Shown in pieces: positions 61,635 to 64,000 of a stretch of 64,000 nucleotides of DNA. Source of the stretch: Pseudomonadota bacterium (GTDB taxonomy: Bacteria > Pseudomonadota > Gammaproteobacteria > Burkholderiales > Thiobacillaceae); contig JBFMCW010000001.1 of assembly GCA_040754275.1 (NCBI GenBank), positions 37,025-101,024 of the forward strand. Reading direction: 5' to 3'. The position numbers and the translations under genes were made by a program. Each line of letters starts with the position of its first letter. Positions within the stretch are counted from its first letter, which is position 1. Below the pieces are notes generated by a model. It saw only the letters and a list, made by a program, of their open reading frames with translations. It did not search any database and was not told where the DNA came from.

Positions 61635-62548
61635 GCCAGGCCCGCGCGGCGACGACGCGCGCCGATCTGCATCTGGATCACCTGCCGGCCGTCCTCGCGG
61701 CGGGTTTTGTCGCCTGCCCAGGCATGGCCGTAAATCACCTCGAAGGTGGCAGGCAGGCGGCCATCGCTGCGATGCGCCTCGTACGCCTGCTGCAGCCGCA
61801 TCCAGGCCGCTTTGCCGAGCAGTCCGCGCCGGCGCGCCGCCGCTGCATTGTGTGCGCCAATGCCCTTGAGATCGCCCATCAGGGACCTGAGATCGGCATA
61901 GGTCAGCGTCAGCATTTCCATCTCCATCACCGGATTGGCGAAACCCGCGTGGATCAGCATGTCGCCGATGTCGTGGAGGTCGACGAAACGGTTGACGTGC
62001 GGCGCGTCGTCGACCGCGGCGAACGCGGCACGCAGCTCCTTCAGCGTATCGGGGCCGAAAGTGGAAAACATCAGCAGGCCGCCGGGCGCGAGCACACGAT
62101 GGAACCCCCGCAGCGTCGCGTCGAGATCATCTGCCCATTGCAGCGCCAGGCTGGACCAGACGAGCTGCATGCTGCTGGCGGCGAACGGCAGGTGCGCCAT
62201 GTCCGCACACACGCAGTGGCTGAGGGGCGCAGTGCCGGACACCAGGCGGGTCACCGCGCGTTGCAGCAAGCCGGCCTGTGGAAGCCGGCGTCGCGCGGCA
62301 TGCAACATCGCCGGCGCGATGTCGATTGCCACCAGTCCGGCCTGCGCATAGCGCCTGCGCAGGTGCTCGAATCCGTAGCCGGTCCCCGCCCCTACATCGA
62401 GTACGCGGGCGGGCTGCAGATTCATGAAATCCAGTCGTCCCAGCAGGCGGTCGCATACCTCGCGCTGCAACACGGCATGCGCATCGTAGTTCGCCGCGGC
62501 GCGGTCGAAGGCTCGGCGGACCTCGGTGAAGTCCAGCGCCTCATCCAT
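61631..62548 (-). CDS. bioC: Malonyl-ACP O-methyltransferase
   Basis: Start at ATG 62548; FDRAAANYD, LDVGAGTG, WSSLALQW, FSTFGPDTL. Confidence 0.96.
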   Translation of the reverse strand: MDEALDFTEVRRAFDRAAANYDAHAVLQREVCDRLLGRLDFMNLQPARVLDVGAGTGYGFEHLRRRYAQAGLVAIDIAPAMLHAARRRLPQAGLLQRAVTRLVSGTAPLSHCVCADMAHLPFAASSMQLVWSSLALQWADDLDATLRGFHRVLAPGGLLMFSTFGPDTLKELRAAFAAVDDAPHVNRFVDLHDIGDMLIHAGFANPVMEMEMLTLTYADLRSLMGDLKGIGAHNAAAARRRGLLGKAAWMRLQQAYEAHRSDGRLPATFEVIYGHAWAGDKTRREDGRQVIQMQIGARRRRAGLA

Positions 62549-63287
62549 GCAGGAAACCTTCGATGGCCTCGGCCACTGCGTCGGGATGCGAGAGATGGGG
62601 CGCATGTGCGGCACGCGGAAAAGTGTGCAGCCGGGCGTCAGGCAGCCGCTCAGCCAGCGTCGCCCCGGCGCCTGCCGGCGTCAGCGTGTCGAGGGTGCCA
62701 TGCAGAACCAGGGTGGGCAGGCGCAGTGCGGGCAGTTCCGCCCGCAGGTCCGTGTCGCGCAAGATATCCAGCCCGGCCGCAAGCGTATCGGCATGCGGCT
62801 GCGCCGTCGTCTGCAGGTTCTGGCGCAGCGCCTGCAGGAGGGATTTCTGGTCCGGAGCACCGCGCGTCTGCAGGCTCAGGAAGCGCAGCAGCGTGGCGTG
62901 CGGATCGGCCCGCAGGGCTTCGCCGAATGCGCTCAGGGCGGCCATCTCCATGCCGTGCGGCCAGTCGGGCGCCGCAACGAATCGGGGCGTGGTCGCCAGC
63001 AGGATCAGGCGCGACAGCTTGTCCGGCTGGTCGAGTGCCGCCCGCATCGCCAGCTGCCCGCCCAGCGACCAGCCCAGGAGTGCGCTGCCGTCCGGGAGCG
63101 CGCGCAACAGGTCGTCGGCCCAGCTAGACAGCGTATTCCCGGCCAGCGGCGCGCGCCCGCCGTGGCCCGGCAGATCCAGTGCGCGCACGTCGAAACGGAG
63201 TGCGAGCCTGTCCGAAAGCCCATCGAATATCCGCGCGTTCATGCCCCAGCCATGCACCATGGCAAGCACGGGTCTAGTCAATTTCAT
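62541..63287 (-). CDS. bioH: Pimeloyl-ACP methyl ester carboxylesterase
   Basis: Start at ATG 63287; HGWGMN, GWSLGG nucleophile, AHAPHLSH. Confidence 0.96.
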   Translation of the reverse strand: MKLTRPVLAMVHGWGMNARIFDGLSDRLALRFDVRALDLPGHGGRAPLAGNTLSSWADDLLRALPDGSALLGWSLGGQLAMRAALDQPDKLSRLILLATTPRFVAAPDWPHGMEMAALSAFGEALRADPHATLLRFLSLQTRGAPDQKSLLQALRQNLQTTAQPHADTLAAGLDILRDTDLRAELPALRLPTLVLHGTLDTLTPAGAGATLAERLPDARLHTFPRAAHAPHLSHPDAVAEAIEGFLHG

Positions 63288-64000
63288 GCAGGGCCTCGAC
63301 GAGTTGCGCGATATCTTCCACTGAATGAGCGGCCGAGAGCGTGATGCGCAGGCGTGCGGTGTTGGCCGGCACGGTCGGCGTGCGGATCGCCGGCACCAGC
63401 AGGCCGCGCGCGAGGAGCGCCTCCGAAAGGCGCACCGCATCGGCATTCGCGCCAACGATCACGGGCTGGATCGGCGTATCGGACGTCATCAGGCTGCCGC
63501 CCTTCAGGTCCGCAAGACCGGCGCGCAGCTGTGCGACATGACTGACCAGCCGCGCCCGTCTTGCCTCACCCGTCTCGATCTGGCGCAGGCTTTCCAGCAG
63601 GCAGGCGGCAAGCAGCGGCGGCGAGGCTGTGGTGTAGACGTAGGGCCGCGCCTTCTGGATGAGCCAGTCGATTACGCTTTCGTGTGCTGCCACTGCGGCA
63701 CCCGACACGCCCGCCGCCTTGCCGAGGGTCGCCAGATAGATCACGCGATCGCTGGCGCGCGCACGTTCGGTGAGACCGCCGCGACCGCCGTCGAGCACGC
63801 CGAAGCCGTGCGCATCGTCGAGATACAGCCAGGCGTCGAAACGCCCGGCCAGATCGAGCAGCGCATCGACCGGAGCAAGATCGCCGTCCATGCTGAACAC
63901 GAGATCGGAGACGATGAGCTTGTCCAGGGCTCGACTGGCCGCGAGCTGGCCTTCGAGCTGCGCCAAGTCGCCATGGCGGTAGCGGGTGAAGGTAGCGCCG
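63274..64000 (-). CDS. bioF: 8-amino-7-oxononanoate synthase, 3' part (starts beyond the window end)
   Basis: VFSMDGD, DDAHGFG, TLGKAAG, AIRTPTVP...RLRITLSA. Confidence 0.97.
   Translation of the reverse strand, partial: GATFTRYRHGDLAQLEGQLAASRALDKLIVSDLVFSMDGDLAPVDALLDLAGRFDAWLYLDDAHGFGVLDGGRGGLTERARASDRVIYLATLGKAAGVSGAAVAAHESVIDWLIQKARPYVYTTASPPLLAACLLESLRQIETGEARRARLVSHVAQLRAGLADLKGGSLMTSDTPIQPVIVGANADAVRLSEALLARGLLVPAIRTPTVPANTARLRITLSAAHSVEDIAQLVEALHEID

Overview
This is a GC-rich betaproteobacterial core-genome window. Gene order and oxidase content suggest a Thiobacillus-like/Nitrosomonadales organism (inference, no search run). Bases 1-27.5 kb hold the minus-strand translation/transcription supercluster: the secY 5' end, spc and S10 ribosomal protein genes, tufA, fusA, rpsG, rpsL, rpoC, rpoB, rplLJAK, nusG, secE, tRNA-Trp, tufB and tRNA-Thr/Gly/Tyr. 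Bases 27.5-44.8 kb hold ychF-pth-rplY-prs-tRNA-Gln-ispE-lolB-TPR, mutM, a dynamin-like GTPase, fdx-coaD-rsmD, an M16 peptidase pair, and ftsYEX-rpoH with a perfect CIRCE element. Bases 44.8-60.9 kb form a terminal-oxidase island: DUF2244-coxBA-ctaG-coxC (caa3-type), SURF1-ctaA-ctaB, then Rrf2-SCO-ccoNOQP-ccoG-ccoH-ccoS plus an unannotated 35-aa membrane peptide, with no ccoI. Bases 60.9-64 kb hold bioD-bioC-bioH-bioF (partial). I saw no mobile elements, CRISPR arrays or pseudogenes. The best candidate for an undescribed system is the Rrf2/SCO-led cbb3 module with its candidate operator, RegA/PrrA-type boxes and small peptide. Other notable items are an AHPEVY variant of the CoxA GHPEVY motif and several ribosomal-operon promoters and leaders. 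All motif calls were made by eye.
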